A stretch of DNA of 64,000 nt from an uncultured Spirochaetota bacterium (GTDB lineage: Bacteria > Spirochaetota > UBA4802 > UBA5550): assembly GCA_963727175.1 (NCBI GenBank), contig CAVSFD010000002.1:856782-920781 (forward strand), read 5' to 3'. The notes beneath the pieces were generated by a model that was not told where the DNA came from, searched no databases, and saw nothing but the letters and a program-made list of their open reading frames with translations. Within the stretch, counting starts at the first letter, position 1. Every line of letters begins with the position of its first letter. Both the position numbers and the translations under genes were made by a program. Positions 27,457-36,856 of the stretch are shown one piece after another.

Positions 27457-28414
27457 GAGGTTTCTCCTTTTTTTTATAATAGAGGGGATACGCAATGTAA
27501 TACGATGCGACAAAGGCCAGGGAGACGCCGATAATGCCGGCGCTCATGGCCGCGGGCATGTCCGTGCGGCGGGTGACAAAGCCTTCCAGGAGACCCGCCA
27601 TTAAAAAGAGTGGAACCACGCCGATCACCATCTTCAGGCCGTCCTTTGCTCCCCGCTTGAAAGATTCCGTGCGCGTATAGGTGCCGGGGAACATGATGCC
27701 GTTGCCGATGATGATTCCGGCGCCGCCGGCGATGATGACGGCGGTCATCTCAAGGGTCCCGTGCAGCCATATGCTTTTCAATGATGTCAGGAGGAGACCC
27801 TTCTGGTAGAAGAAATAGTGGAATGCCCCGATCATGATGCCGTTGAAGAAGATGATATACCCGGCGCCGAAGGAAAGGATCACGCCGCAGGCAAAGGCCA
27901 GGAAGGCGACCCTGATGTTGTTCACCGTGACTCCCAGGAACATGTCCATGTTGTTCATGGACTTGTACACGGCCATGGGGTCTCCCTTCTCGATGTTCTC
28001 CATGGTCATCTTGACATAGCTGTCCCCCAGGATGAGGCGGACAAAACCGTCATCGTTGGCCGAGGACACGGCCCCGATCATGACGGAAACCGCGAAAACT
28101 GCCAGCGACACCAGCACTTCCCGCCAGTGCCTTCTGAAAAGACGGGGCTGTTCCTCGGTCCAGAAGGTCATGATCCGCCGGCGGTCCTCCTTTTTGTTCC
28201 TGAAGATCGCCTGATGAAATTTCGCCGTAAGGCCGTTCAGGTACGCGGCAATCTTGCTTTTCGGGTAGAAGGTCCGGGCATAGGAGAGATCATCAGTAAG
28301 CTCGATGAATAGCTCCGCCACCTCGTCCGGGCTCGACTTCTGACGCGATCTGATCAGCGTTTCAAACCGCTTCCACTTATCGGCGTTCTGTTTTAAAAAC
28401 TGGATCTCCCTCAT
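27434..28414 (-). CDS. stage II sporulation protein M-like (SpoIIM/DUF95) membrane protein
   Basis: Cytoplasmic N-terminal ~100 aa followed by SpoIIM-like TM helices (GVILSFGAGYIIFFNGIMIGAF...). First gene of the operon. Confidence 0.6.
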   Translation of the reverse strand: MREIQFLKQNADKWKRFETLIRSRQKSSPDEVAELFIELTDDLSYARTFYPKSKIAAYLNGLTAKFHQAIFRNKKEDRRRIMTFWTEEQPRLFRRHWREVLVSLAVFAVSVMIGAVSSANDDGFVRLILGDSYVKMTMENIEKGDPMAVYKSMNNMDMFLGVTVNNIRVAFLAFACGVILSFGAGYIIFFNGIMIGAFHYFFYQKGLLLTSLKSIWLHGTLEMTAVIIAGGAGIIIGNGIMFPGTYTRTESFKRGAKDGLKMVIGVVPLFLMAGLLEGFVTRRTDMPAAMSAGIIGVSLAFVASYYIAYPLYYKKKEKPHGPAGKI

Positions 28415-28496
28415 TTTCTCCGGTTAAGGGGGATCATGAAGATCCCGGTCATGTTATTACGAGGCTTCGCAGATACTATCAGGGGCATTCATTTTT

Positions 28497-29732
28497 TTAC
28501 AACATTTTTTCCTTTTCCTTCACGCCGAATCCCATGATCAGGACCGTCAGAACCGCCAGGGCTCCGCCGACAACAAAGGGGAGCCCCGGGTGCGCCTTGA
28601 AAAGAAGCCCCGCGAGCACGCTGGCGGGAAGAAGTCCGATGCCGATGATGGTGTGGTAAAAACCGAGGGCCGTGGCCCGGGAATTCTCCGGGGCAATATC
28701 CGCCACGAAGGCTTTTTCCACCCCTTCCGTCATGGCGTAATAGAGGCCGTACAGCGGCCAGAATACCCAGAGAAGATGGCTGGACGACCGGGAAATGAAC
28801 CCGAAAGCGATGTACACCACGGCGTAGAGAATGTAGCCGGCCATGAGCAGTTTTTTCCTCCCTATCCGGTCCGACAGGGATCCGAAAGCGGAGGAGAGGG
28901 CAGTCGTGGTCAGGTTGAAGACGATGTACATTAAAATGACCGTTGAGAGCATGTATCCAAGGTCCATGCTGCGAAGCAGGAGAAACTGGTTCGAGGAGTT
29001 GCCCAGGGTGAAGATGAGCTGGGCGAGGAAAAAGACGCGGAGGTTTTTATCATACTTCCTGATGTCCAGGTTCGGCTTCGGTTTGCAGTTCCCGCCCCGG
29101 CCTGAGCCCGCGGTCTCCCTGGTAAAAAAGAGGAACGCCACGCCTATACAGGCCGGTATGATGGATATGAGGAACAGCGTGTAGAAGGCGTCAATGTCCC
29201 GGATGGTTTTCGTCACGGGGTCCATGAAATGAACCACGATAAAATAGCAGATCACTGCTCCGAGAAAGGCGCCGGCGAAATCCATGGCCCGCTGAAATCC
29301 GAAGGCCTTTCCCTGGAGCTCCTTCGGCATTGATTCCGAGATGAGGGCGTCCCGCGGCGCGGTCCTGATACCCTTCCCCACGCGGTCGAAGAAGCGGGAC
29401 AGGAGCACGAAAGCCCACCCCGCTGAAGCCGCGAAGAGAAGCGCCTTGGCTGCGGCTGACAGGGAATACCCTGCAATGGCCGGCGTCTTCCTCTTTTCGA
29501 TCCTGTCGGAATAGTATCCTGCCATGACCTTCAGGAGGCTCGCTGTCGATTCGGCGACCCCTTCAATGATGCCCAGGACCGGACCCAGGAGGGCCTTCTG
29601 CGCAGACATGATCATGGCCACGAAGGCCTGTATCAGGGGATAGATCATTTCCGTAGATACGTCGGTAAAAAACGACGTAAACCCCGTGAGGATCACGTTC
29701 CGGTCGTATTTGATTTTTCCCGGCCGTGACAT
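28497..29732 (-). CDS. MFS transporter
   Basis: 12-TM architecture with MFS motifs. The longer ORF runs to 29759; start chosen at MSRPGKI. Confidence 0.75.
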   Translation of the reverse strand: MSRPGKIKYDRNVILTGFTSFFTDVSTEMIYPLIQAFVAMIMSAQKALLGPVLGIIEGVAESTASLLKVMAGYYSDRIEKRKTPAIAGYSLSAAAKALLFAASAGWAFVLLSRFFDRVGKGIRTAPRDALISESMPKELQGKAFGFQRAMDFAGAFLGAVICYFIVVHFMDPVTKTIRDIDAFYTLFLISIIPACIGVAFLFFTRETAGSGRGGNCKPKPNLDIRKYDKNLRVFFLAQLIFTLGNSSNQFLLLRSMDLGYMLSTVILMYIVFNLTTTALSSAFGSLSDRIGRKKLLMAGYILYAVVYIAFGFISRSSSHLLWVFWPLYGLYYAMTEGVEKAFVADIAPENSRATALGFYHTIIGIGLLPASVLAGLLFKAHPGLPFVVGGALAVLTVLIMGFGVKEKEKML

Positions 29733-29733
29733 T

Positions 29734-30054
29734 TCATTGCTCCTGTTCATATAACTCATCGAAAAGCTCCTTTGCCTTTTTCCTTGTTTCGGCGAGCGCT
29801 GTTGCCCCTTTTCTGGTTATCCGATAATATTTTCTTACCTTTCCCTGCACGGTTTCCCGGTACGATACAAGGAAGCCGTTTTTCTCCATCTTGTGGAATA
29901 TCGGGTACAGGGTCCCGTATGATAGTGAATACCCGTGCCGGGCAAGCTCCTCGCGGAATTCCTGGCCATAGATGCGCTCCCTGCCGGCATGGTGCAGTAT
30001 GTGGATTTTAATGAATCCCAGCAAAAAATCCTGCATGATATCGCTTTTTGGCAT
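29734..30054 (-). CDS. PadR-family transcriptional regulator
   Basis: LLGFIKIHILHHAGRERIYGQEFREELARHGYSLSYGTLYPIFHKMEKNGFLVS is a PadR winged helix. Immediately upstream of the MFS gene and divergent from the repeat-protein gene. Confidence 0.8.
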   Translation of the reverse strand: MPKSDIMQDFLLGFIKIHILHHAGRERIYGQEFREELARHGYSLSYGTLYPIFHKMEKNGFLVSYRETVQGKVRKYYRITRKGATALAETRKKAKELFDELYEQEQ

Positions 30055-30082
30055 GAGCCTCCCCGGCACGTCGTTCACAGTT

Positions 30083-30116
30083 TAATATCGAATATCAATA
30101 TCGTAATACGATATTA
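30083..30116. promoter_or_regulatory. inverted repeat TAATATCG...CGATATTA in the PadR/repeat-protein divergent intergenic region
   Basis: ATATCG-type direct and inverted repeats at 30083-30116. Candidate PadR operator. Confidence 0.3.
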
Positions 30117-30238
30117 AAAATACGCTCTTTGTTTGTCAACTAGCATTTTATATACGAGCAGCGTATTATGGACGAACCCGGCAATAGTGACAAGCCTGTA
30201 AATTATTGTAGAAAAAAGGGAACCTTTCCTGCCTCACC

Positions 30239-31528
30239 ATGGTCTTATACCAGGATTCAGATAAACAACTATATCATGACACAGGTAACACTATGGAACT
30301 GGAGAACAGACCGCTTTCGCGAATGTTGATACTCATCCTCCTTACTCTTCTGGTCCCTCTCGTTGCCGGAAGCGGATCGGGCTCCGGCAGCCAGGCCCAC
30401 GCTTCAGAAACATCTGAAAGCGGTGCAGCGGAAGATATTCTCAAGAATACGCCGGAAACCATGCCGAAGGATTATTCCGATGAAGAGATCGACCGGATGC
30501 TGGAAGACATACAGCAGGTGGATGACGTCTCTGACGTCGAAGGTATAGAGGACAGCAGGCAGCCGGATATTTCGGACGCCGACAGGACACTTGGAGAGGC
30601 AATAAAAAGCGATCCCGACCGTTATGATGAAGAATTTAAGAGCATCGTCTGGCTGAACGCCCACCCCTGGGTCGTCTGGTATATCTGCTACGATTACGCG
30701 TGGCTGGATGCCCATCCCCGCTTTGCCGCCAGAATCTATCTGAATTACGATTTCTGGTACCGGTATCCGCAAATCGCCTATATCATAGCGCTGAACCGGC
30801 CCTTCCTCATCCGGTACCCGAGAATATCCCTGGTGATATACCAGCATGACGATTGGTTCATCAGGCACCCCTATGTCGCGCGGGAAGTGTACCGGAATTA
30901 TCTCTTCTTCAACCGTTACCCGGACTTGTATCATCGGTACTATCGTCACCGGGAATGGATGTACCGGCACCCGGCGATTGTCCGGATTGCCTATGGAAAC
31001 AGGTCACTGTATAAAAAACATCCGGAGTACCTCGGGCATGCGTACCAGTACCGGCGCTATGCCCTCCAGCACACGATGATCAATGACCGTCATGTGAAGA
31101 AAATGCAGGAGCAGATAAAGCATGACGCCGAACAGCGCCGTCATGACACCGGCCGTAACAAAGACAGGGGTAGCTACCAGGGCGATTCGAGGGGCGGCGA
31201 CCACAGATCAGGTCATGATGATGCTCGCAAACTTGAACAAATCATAAATCAGGGCGAGCGGTACAAGCCTGACAGGGATTCACAGCACGGCAAGGACCGT
31301 GCCGTCATTAAAGAAGCGGCACGGGACCGCGGCACGTCGGAAAAACTTATCAGGCAGGGCGAACAATATAAACCGGACCGGGAGTACAAACATGGACAGA
31401 ACCCTGCTCCGGACAAAAGCCAGGTCCGCGGCAAAGAAGGCGGGCACAGTGCCGGCACCAGGGATGGTGGAAAACCGCAGGGAAATCCGCATGGCGAAAA
31501 AGGAAAAGGCGGCGGTAAACGTAATTAA
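30239..31528 (+). CDS. secreted/membrane-anchored protein with eight tandem ~17-aa Trp/Tyr/His-rich repeats (W..HP......Y.NY..) and a basic repeat-containing tail
   Basis: Signal/anchor (MLILILLTLLVPLVAGSGSGSGS) and an acidic segment. Repeats: WLNAHPWVVWYICYDYA / WLDAHPRFAARIYLNYDF / WYRYPQIAYIIALNRPF / LIRYPRISLVIYQHDDW / FIRHPYVAREVYRNYLF / FNRYPDLYHRYYRHREW / MYRHPAIVRIAYGNRSL / YKKHPEYLGHAYQYRRY. The tail contains QGERYKPDRD and QGEQYKPDRE repeats. Confidence 0.65.
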   Translation: MVLYQDSDKQLYHDTGNTMELENRPLSRMLILILLTLLVPLVAGSGSGSGSQAHASETSESGAAEDILKNTPETMPKDYSDEEIDRMLEDIQQVDDVSDVEGIEDSRQPDISDADRTLGEAIKSDPDRYDEEFKSIVWLNAHPWVVWYICYDYAWLDAHPRFAARIYLNYDFWYRYPQIAYIIALNRPFLIRYPRISLVIYQHDDWFIRHPYVAREVYRNYLFFNRYPDLYHRYYRHREWMYRHPAIVRIAYGNRSLYKKHPEYLGHAYQYRRYALQHTMINDRHVKKMQEQIKHDAEQRRHDTGRNKDRGSYQGDSRGGDHRSGHDDARKLEQIINQGERYKPDRDSQHGKDRAVIKEAARDRGTSEKLIRQGEQYKPDREYKHGQNPAPDKSQVRGKEGGHSAGTRDGGKPQGNPHGEKGKGGGKRN

Positions 31529-31564
31529 TACACAGGAGGGCGGTCCTAAAACCGCCCTGGATTT

Positions 31565-32497
31565 TTATACATATACAAGTTTCACCGGCGGTCCTATTTC
31601 CGCGACAAGTTTACCCTCGGCTTCATACATGTCTCCGTCAATGGTGTAGAGCATTTTTTTCCTGCTGGTGATGACGGCTTTTTTCCCGATGGAATCAAAC
31701 AGATACGGATGATGAATCGGTTTTCCCGTCTTTATTTTCACGAGATTTTTCACTATATCCGACGCCTGGCACCCGACGGACAGTATATGAAAGGTCCCGT
31801 CCTTCTCATAGGCCCGGTGCATCGGCTTGAACCCTATTCCGATGTCGTCGACCGTTGTGGCGATGACGGCAATGAAATCATGGTGGGGCACCGGGGTCCC
31901 GTCCACGACAACGGTACAGTCAAGGCGGTCGAAAAGCGTCCCCACATCGGCGCCCACCGTGACGCCCTTCACGGCCATCCAGATGGTCTTCAGAGCCTTC
32001 TTTGGTCCGGTCCCTTCACCCTTGTAATACTCATGGAGAAAATTGGCGGTCATGCCAACGCCGAAGATGAAGCCGTACATGTCGCCGATCCTGATGGTAT
32101 CGCGGGTGAAGGTTTTAGGGGCACCCTTCGCCTTCAATATCCGTACAATTCTTTTTAATATCTCACCGGGTTTTCCCTTGAGATTGATTGTTCGCGACTG
32201 GGTGTTCATGGTTCCGGCCCGGAGATGAAGGAGAGGCGGTACCGGATCTTTTTTATAAATGGCAATCATCCTGGATATCACGTTATGGCATGTGCCGTCG
32301 CCGCCGCAGACCGCGACATAGGGGATTCCCATTTTTTTAAAATCCGTGATAACCGAGTCAACCTCGGCGACGCTGTTGGTCAGCCGGATGTCAGCATACC
32401 CCTCCGAGATGCCGGTAAAGTACTCGAGGGGATCGATATTCATTTTTTTTACTCCCCGGGCATGGGGATTAATGATAAGTCCAACTTTATTCATCAA
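31565..32497 (-). CDS. diacylglycerol kinase catalytic-domain (YegS/LCB5-like) lipid kinase
   Basis: VAVCGGDGT motif and DAGK_cat fold length (310 aa). Confidence 0.7.
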   Translation of the reverse strand: MMNKVGLIINPHARGVKKMNIDPLEYFTGISEGYADIRLTNSVAEVDSVITDFKKMGIPYVAVCGGDGTCHNVISRMIAIYKKDPVPPLLHLRAGTMNTQSRTINLKGKPGEILKRIVRILKAKGAPKTFTRDTIRIGDMYGFIFGVGMTANFLHEYYKGEGTGPKKALKTIWMAVKGVTVGADVGTLFDRLDCTVVVDGTPVPHHDFIAVIATTVDDIGIGFKPMHRAYEKDGTFHILSVGCQASDIVKNLVKIKTGKPIHHPYLFDSIGKKAVITSRKKMLYTIDGDMYEAEGKLVAEIGPPVKLVYV

Positions 32498-33524
32498 AGT
32501 CCTCCCGGTCCCTGGCTTCGAGTTTTTTCAGGATGATATAGCTGACAATGCCTATAAGCATCATGATGACCAGAAAGATTGGATACGCCAGCCTCCAGTT
32601 TTCCGGCCCGGTCATCATGCTCCATTCCGACATTCCGCCGATGCCGGAGAGGAGGGTCATGGGCATGAAGATTGTTGTTATCAAGGTAAGACGGCGGACC
32701 CCCCGGTTTGTCCTGTTGGCCAGCATGGTCATGCGGTTGTTCATCATGGACAGGTACATTTCCATGAAGCTGGATATCATTTCCCGGTATATCTCCAGCT
32801 CTTCGAAAAATTTTGACAGGTGGTCGTAAATATCGCGGAAGTGGTAGATCGACCTGTCGGTTATGAAACGGGAGTCCTTCCGGCAGATCTTGACCAGAAT
32901 CTCCCTCTCATGGGTGATGCTTTTACGCAGCGTCAGCAGGCTCCGGCGCAGCCGCATCAGTTCCTCCGGCTTGAAACTGCCGATTTCATTGATGATGCTT
33001 TCCTCGATCCCGTCAAGCTCCTCCCGGAGAGCCTCGACGGCATGAAACTTCTGGTCCACCATGTAGTCCAGAACAACATGAAGGAGATAATCAGGCCCCT
33101 GGAGCACGTTCTCCCGGTCAAGGCCTGCCATCTGCTCGAGGCGGTCGAGGAAACTGGGATCGCCATGCATGTTATGGCTGACCAGGATGAGAAAATTCTT
33201 GCCCAGGAACAGGTCCACCTCATCGATGAAGAGCTCTCGTGACTCGTAATGAAACTTGTTGAACAGGATAAACGTGTTGGTTGGATAATCCTCGATCTTG
33301 GGTATCTGTTCGTCATCGAGGCAGTCCTCGATGGCAAGGGGATGAAGCCCGAAGGGACCGGCAAGGGCCGCCAGATCTTCACGGGCAGGGTCAAGCAGAT
33401 TAAGCCAGATATAGCCCCCGCCCTTAAGCGCTCCCACGGCCGATTCCAGGTCAGGGACAGAGACGGGATTTCCGTCAGGGGGAATATGGAAAAAAGATTT
33501 GGTTGACGGCATTGATGCGCTCAT
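32487..33524 (-). CDS. CorA-family divalent cation transporter
   Basis: Soluble N-terminal domain plus two C-terminal TM helices with a GMS variant of the GMN motif (MPMTLLSGIGGMSEW). Confidence 0.65.
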   Translation of the reverse strand: MSASMPSTKSFFHIPPDGNPVSVPDLESAVGALKGGGYIWLNLLDPAREDLAALAGPFGLHPLAIEDCLDDEQIPKIEDYPTNTFILFNKFHYESRELFIDEVDLFLGKNFLILVSHNMHGDPSFLDRLEQMAGLDRENVLQGPDYLLHVVLDYMVDQKFHAVEALREELDGIEESIINEIGSFKPEELMRLRRSLLTLRKSITHEREILVKICRKDSRFITDRSIYHFRDIYDHLSKFFEELEIYREMISSFMEMYLSMMNNRMTMLANRTNRGVRRLTLITTIFMPMTLLSGIGGMSEWSMMTGPENWRLAYPIFLVIMMLIGIVSYIILKKLEARDREDFDE

Positions 33525-33667
33525 GGCACTATAATCAGGAGTATTAAAAATAAATCAAGAATTTAAGATGGCAAGCGCCATAATAATTCACCGCTTTTTC
33601 ACCGGTGAGAGCGGCATCCGGAATAATCCCGGCGCAGCAAGTAATCATTCACAATCATCAGAGCCTT

Positions 33668-34033
33668 ATGGCATACACGTTCCTGAACCTCAACACCTTA
33701 CAGTCCTTCACCTGCGGCGAGGAGGAATGGCAGCGCCTTCTGGAAGCGGCGCACGCCGGCGGATGGGAGGAGGAGGGAACAGAGTTCGACTTCGCCTGCG
33801 AGGTGGACGACGCCTACGATTCCCAGGTTGACTACCTGTACAACCTGCTGATGATCTTCTACGTGTCGCGGGAAATGTTTGAATGGGACGGGAACTACAC
33901 CGAGAAAAAAAACCAGATAGTGTCAGAAAGCGACGCCTATTACCTGATGCTGGCCCTTGAAAAGGAGCCGGCGGCGGACCGGGGCCTCCTCGATTTTTTA
34001 AACAGCGGCCCCTTCCGCATCGTGCGGGATTGA
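33668..34033 (+). CDS. hypothetical acidic protein
   Basis: ORF with start at MAYTFLN. No family recognised. Confidence 0.35.
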   Translation: MAYTFLNLNTLQSFTCGEEEWQRLLEAAHAGGWEEEGTEFDFACEVDDAYDSQVDYLYNLLMIFYVSREMFEWDGNYTEKKNQIVSESDAYYLMLALEKEPAADRGLLDFLNSGPFRIVRD

Positions 34034-34052
34034 GAAACGCGGGCCGCCTTTC

Positions 34053-35351
34053 CTACCGCCTGTCAATGACCCGCCGCACCCTGCCCTCGGAATACATCTG
34101 CAGGGTGTTCTGTTCCACGAAGGTGACATTCGCGGAGATGCCCAGTTCGCGCTCAACGGCGACACCGATGGCGCTTTTCAGCGACAGGAGTTTCTTGACC
34201 TCGTCATCGAACATCCTGTCGAGGACTTCCACCTGGATCTCCATGACGTCCTCGCCTTCGATGTCATCTATGATGATCTGGAAACGGGGGTCGAACCCCG
34301 TCGCCTTTTTCAGGGCATCGCCGATCTGGGTCGGGAACACGTTGTTCCCGTTGATGACGACCATGTCGTCGGATCGGGCCGCGACGCGGTGCATGCGCAG
34401 GGTCGTCCGTCCGCAGGGGCACGGCTCTTCCATGATCGACGAGAGATCACCGGTGCGGTAGCGAATAAGGGGAAACCCCTCCCTGGTTATGGTGGTTATC
34501 ACCAGCTCTCCCTCGGCGCCGTGGGGAAGCGGCTCCCAGGTCAGGGGATCGATGATCTCCACGATGTAGTGGTCCTCGTTGATGTGGAGGCCGTTCTTTT
34601 CCGCGCATTCACCGGAAACGCCGGGGCCCATCATCTCGTTGATGCCGTAGATATTGAATGCCGAGAGGTGGAGGCGATCCTCGATCCTGGCCCTGGTGTT
34701 CTCGCTCCACGGTTCTGCCCCGAAGAGGCCGATCTTCAGGTTGAGTTCGTCGGGGTGTATCCCCATCTCGTGCAGGTTGCTGGCAATGCGGAGGGCGTAG
34801 CTGGGGGTCGACAGGAGGACCGTGGTCTTATAGTCCTTCATGATGCGTATCTGCCGCTGGACGTTGCCCGACTGCGACGACGGGATGACCGACGCGCCGA
34901 TCTTCTCAGCGCCGTAATGGAGCCCGAACCCGCCGGTGAACATGTTGTAGTCAAAGGCGATCTGTACGAAATCATTGTCCGTGATGCCGGCGCCGGCGAT
35001 CACCCTGGCCACAAGCTCCGACCAGTGGAGAATGTCGTTTCTGGTATAGCCGATCGCTATGGGGACCCCGGTCCTCCCGGTTGTCGAATGAATGCGCACG
35101 ATGTCGCGGAGGGGAACAGCGAACATGTTATAGGGATAGCTCTTGCGCAGATCTTCCTTCGTGGTAAAAGGGAGCTGCGCCATGTCGGCGATACTCCTGA
35201 TCGTGCCGATGTCGATCTTGTTCTCGTCAAAAGAATCTTTATAGAAGGCGACGTTCCGGTACACCCGGTTCAGGGTGCTCTGCAGCCGCTCTATCTGGAG
35301 CTGTGCGAGCTCTTCGCGCGGCATCGATTCATACTTGGCGTTGTAAATCAT
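34053..35351 (-). CDS. paaK: phenylacetate-CoA ligase paralog
   Basis: STTGRTG AMP-binding motif and C-terminal CPCGRTTLRMHRVAARSDDM. Start chosen at MIYNAKYES. Heads a Liv-type ABC operon. Confidence 0.8.
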   Translation of the reverse strand: MIYNAKYESMPREELAQLQIERLQSTLNRVYRNVAFYKDSFDENKIDIGTIRSIADMAQLPFTTKEDLRKSYPYNMFAVPLRDIVRIHSTTGRTGVPIAIGYTRNDILHWSELVARVIAGAGITDNDFVQIAFDYNMFTGGFGLHYGAEKIGASVIPSSQSGNVQRQIRIMKDYKTTVLLSTPSYALRIASNLHEMGIHPDELNLKIGLFGAEPWSENTRARIEDRLHLSAFNIYGINEMMGPGVSGECAEKNGLHINEDHYIVEIIDPLTWEPLPHGAEGELVITTITREGFPLIRYRTGDLSSIMEEPCPCGRTTLRMHRVAARSDDMVVINGNNVFPTQIGDALKKATGFDPRFQIIIDDIEGEDVMEIQVEVLDRMFDDEVKKLLSLKSAIGVAVERELGISANVTFVEQNTLQMYSEGRVRRVIDRR

Positions 35352-35364
35352 AGACGTTCCCCCC

Positions 35365-36099
35365 TTACTCGCTAATGCTCCGGTAGTCTTTCCCCAGGTA
35401 TGCCCGCTGCACGTCATTGTTGTTCAGCAGTTCCTCTGACGTTCCCTCGAGTACCATCTGCCCGGTCTCGATAACGTACCCGCGGTCGGCGATACGGAGC
35501 GCGGCCCGGGCATTCTGTTCCACCAGCAGTATCGTATTCCCGGCATCCCGGAGCTTCCGTATCTCCTCGAAGATGTTCTTCACGATGATGGGCGCCAGCC
35601 CCATGGACGGCTCGTCGAGCATGATGAGTCTGGGCCTGGCCATGAGGGCCCTGCCGATGGCCAGCATCTGCTGCTCCCCGCCCGAGAGTGTTCCGCCGAG
35701 CTGGTACTCGCGCTCCTGAAGCCGGGGGAACATTTCAAAGATGACGGCCAGCTCCGCGTTGATGTCAGTCTTCCGGTTACCGCGGATGCGGGTATAGGCC
35801 CCCAGCACCAGGTTCTCCCGGACCGTCATGGTGTTGAAAACAAGGCGTCCCTCAGGCACGAGGGAGCAGCCGGCAGCGACTATTTTCTCCGGCGCGGCTG
35901 CGGTGGTGTTCTCCCCGTTGAATATGATTTCCCCTTCCAGGGCCGGGACGATTCCCGCCACGGTGCGCAGCAGCGTGCTCTTTCCCGATCCGTTCCCGCC
36001 GATTATGGTCACGATCTCGCCGGGGTTAACGTGGAGGGATACCCCCTTCAGCACGCGGAGGTTGCCGAATCCGGAATAGAGGTTCCGTATCTTAAGCAT
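35365..36099 (-). CDS. livF: branched-chain/aromatic amino-acid ABC transporter ATP-binding protein (LivF-type)
   Basis: GGNGSGKST Walker A, LSGGEQQMLAIGRAL signature, and the LivF C-terminus. Confidence 0.85.
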   Translation of the reverse strand: MLKIRNLYSGFGNLRVLKGVSLHVNPGEIVTIIGGNGSGKSTLLRTVAGIVPALEGEIIFNGENTTAAAPEKIVAAGCSLVPEGRLVFNTMTVRENLVLGAYTRIRGNRKTDINAELAVIFEMFPRLQEREYQLGGTLSGGEQQMLAIGRALMARPRLIMLDEPSMGLAPIIVKNIFEEIRKLRDAGNTILLVEQNARAALRIADRGYVIETGQMVLEGTSEELLNNNDVQRAYLGKDYRSISE

Positions 36100-36856
36100 C
36101 TTCTTCTCCCAGGTACACGCGGATAACCTCTTGGTTTCTCTGTATGTCTGCGGGCACTCCCTCGGCGATTTTCTTCCCCGAGGAAAGCACCACTATCTCA
36201 TCGGATATATTCATGACCAGGGACATATCGTGCTCGATCACCAGTATGGTAACGCCCCGTTCCCTGATCTTCATTATCATTTCCGATATCTGTGCAGTTT
36301 CGTAAATATTGAGACCCGCCGCCGGCTCGTCCAGGAGAAGGAGGGACGGTTCCGTCGCCAGGGCACGGGCAATCTCCACGATCCGCTGCTTGCCGAAGGC
36401 GAGGCTCGTCGCCTCCTGCTCAGCCAGGTCGCCGATGCCCATCATGACCAGGAGTTCCATCGACCGTTCCCGGATTTCGCGCTCCTCCCTGCGCGAACGG
36501 GGAAGGTGGAGCATGGCCTGCATAAGTCCGGCATGGCTTCGGATATGCCGGCCGATCATGACGTTTTCCAGTACCGTCATGTGGGAAAAGAGCTTGATGT
36601 TCTGGAAGGTGCGCGATATGCCCTGCCGCGCTATCCGGTAAGGCGGCAGATTATGAATCGGGGACCCGCCGATATAGGCTTCACCTGAATCAGGCTCAAG
36701 CGATCCGGCAATGAGGTTAAAGAGGGTGGTCTTGCCCGCGCCGTTGGGGCCGATGACTGCCTTGATGGCGTTCTGTTTAACGTTGAAGGAGACGCCGTCA
36801 ACCGCCCGGAGCCCGCCGAAGGCGCGGCTCATACCTTTTATCTCAAGATAGCTCAT
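36092..36856 (-). CDS. livG: ABC transporter ATP-binding protein (LivG-type)
   Basis: GPNGAGKTT Walker A, ABC signature, and the LivG-specific C-terminal extension. Confidence 0.85.
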   Translation of the reverse strand: MSYLEIKGMSRAFGGLRAVDGVSFNVKQNAIKAVIGPNGAGKTTLFNLIAGSLEPDSGEAYIGGSPIHNLPPYRIARQGISRTFQNIKLFSHMTVLENVMIGRHIRSHAGLMQAMLHLPRSRREEREIRERSMELLVMMGIGDLAEQEATSLAFGKQRIVEIARALATEPSLLLLDEPAAGLNIYETAQISEMIMKIRERGVTILVIEHDMSLVMNISDEIVVLSSGKKIAEGVPADIQRNQEVIRVYLGEEDA

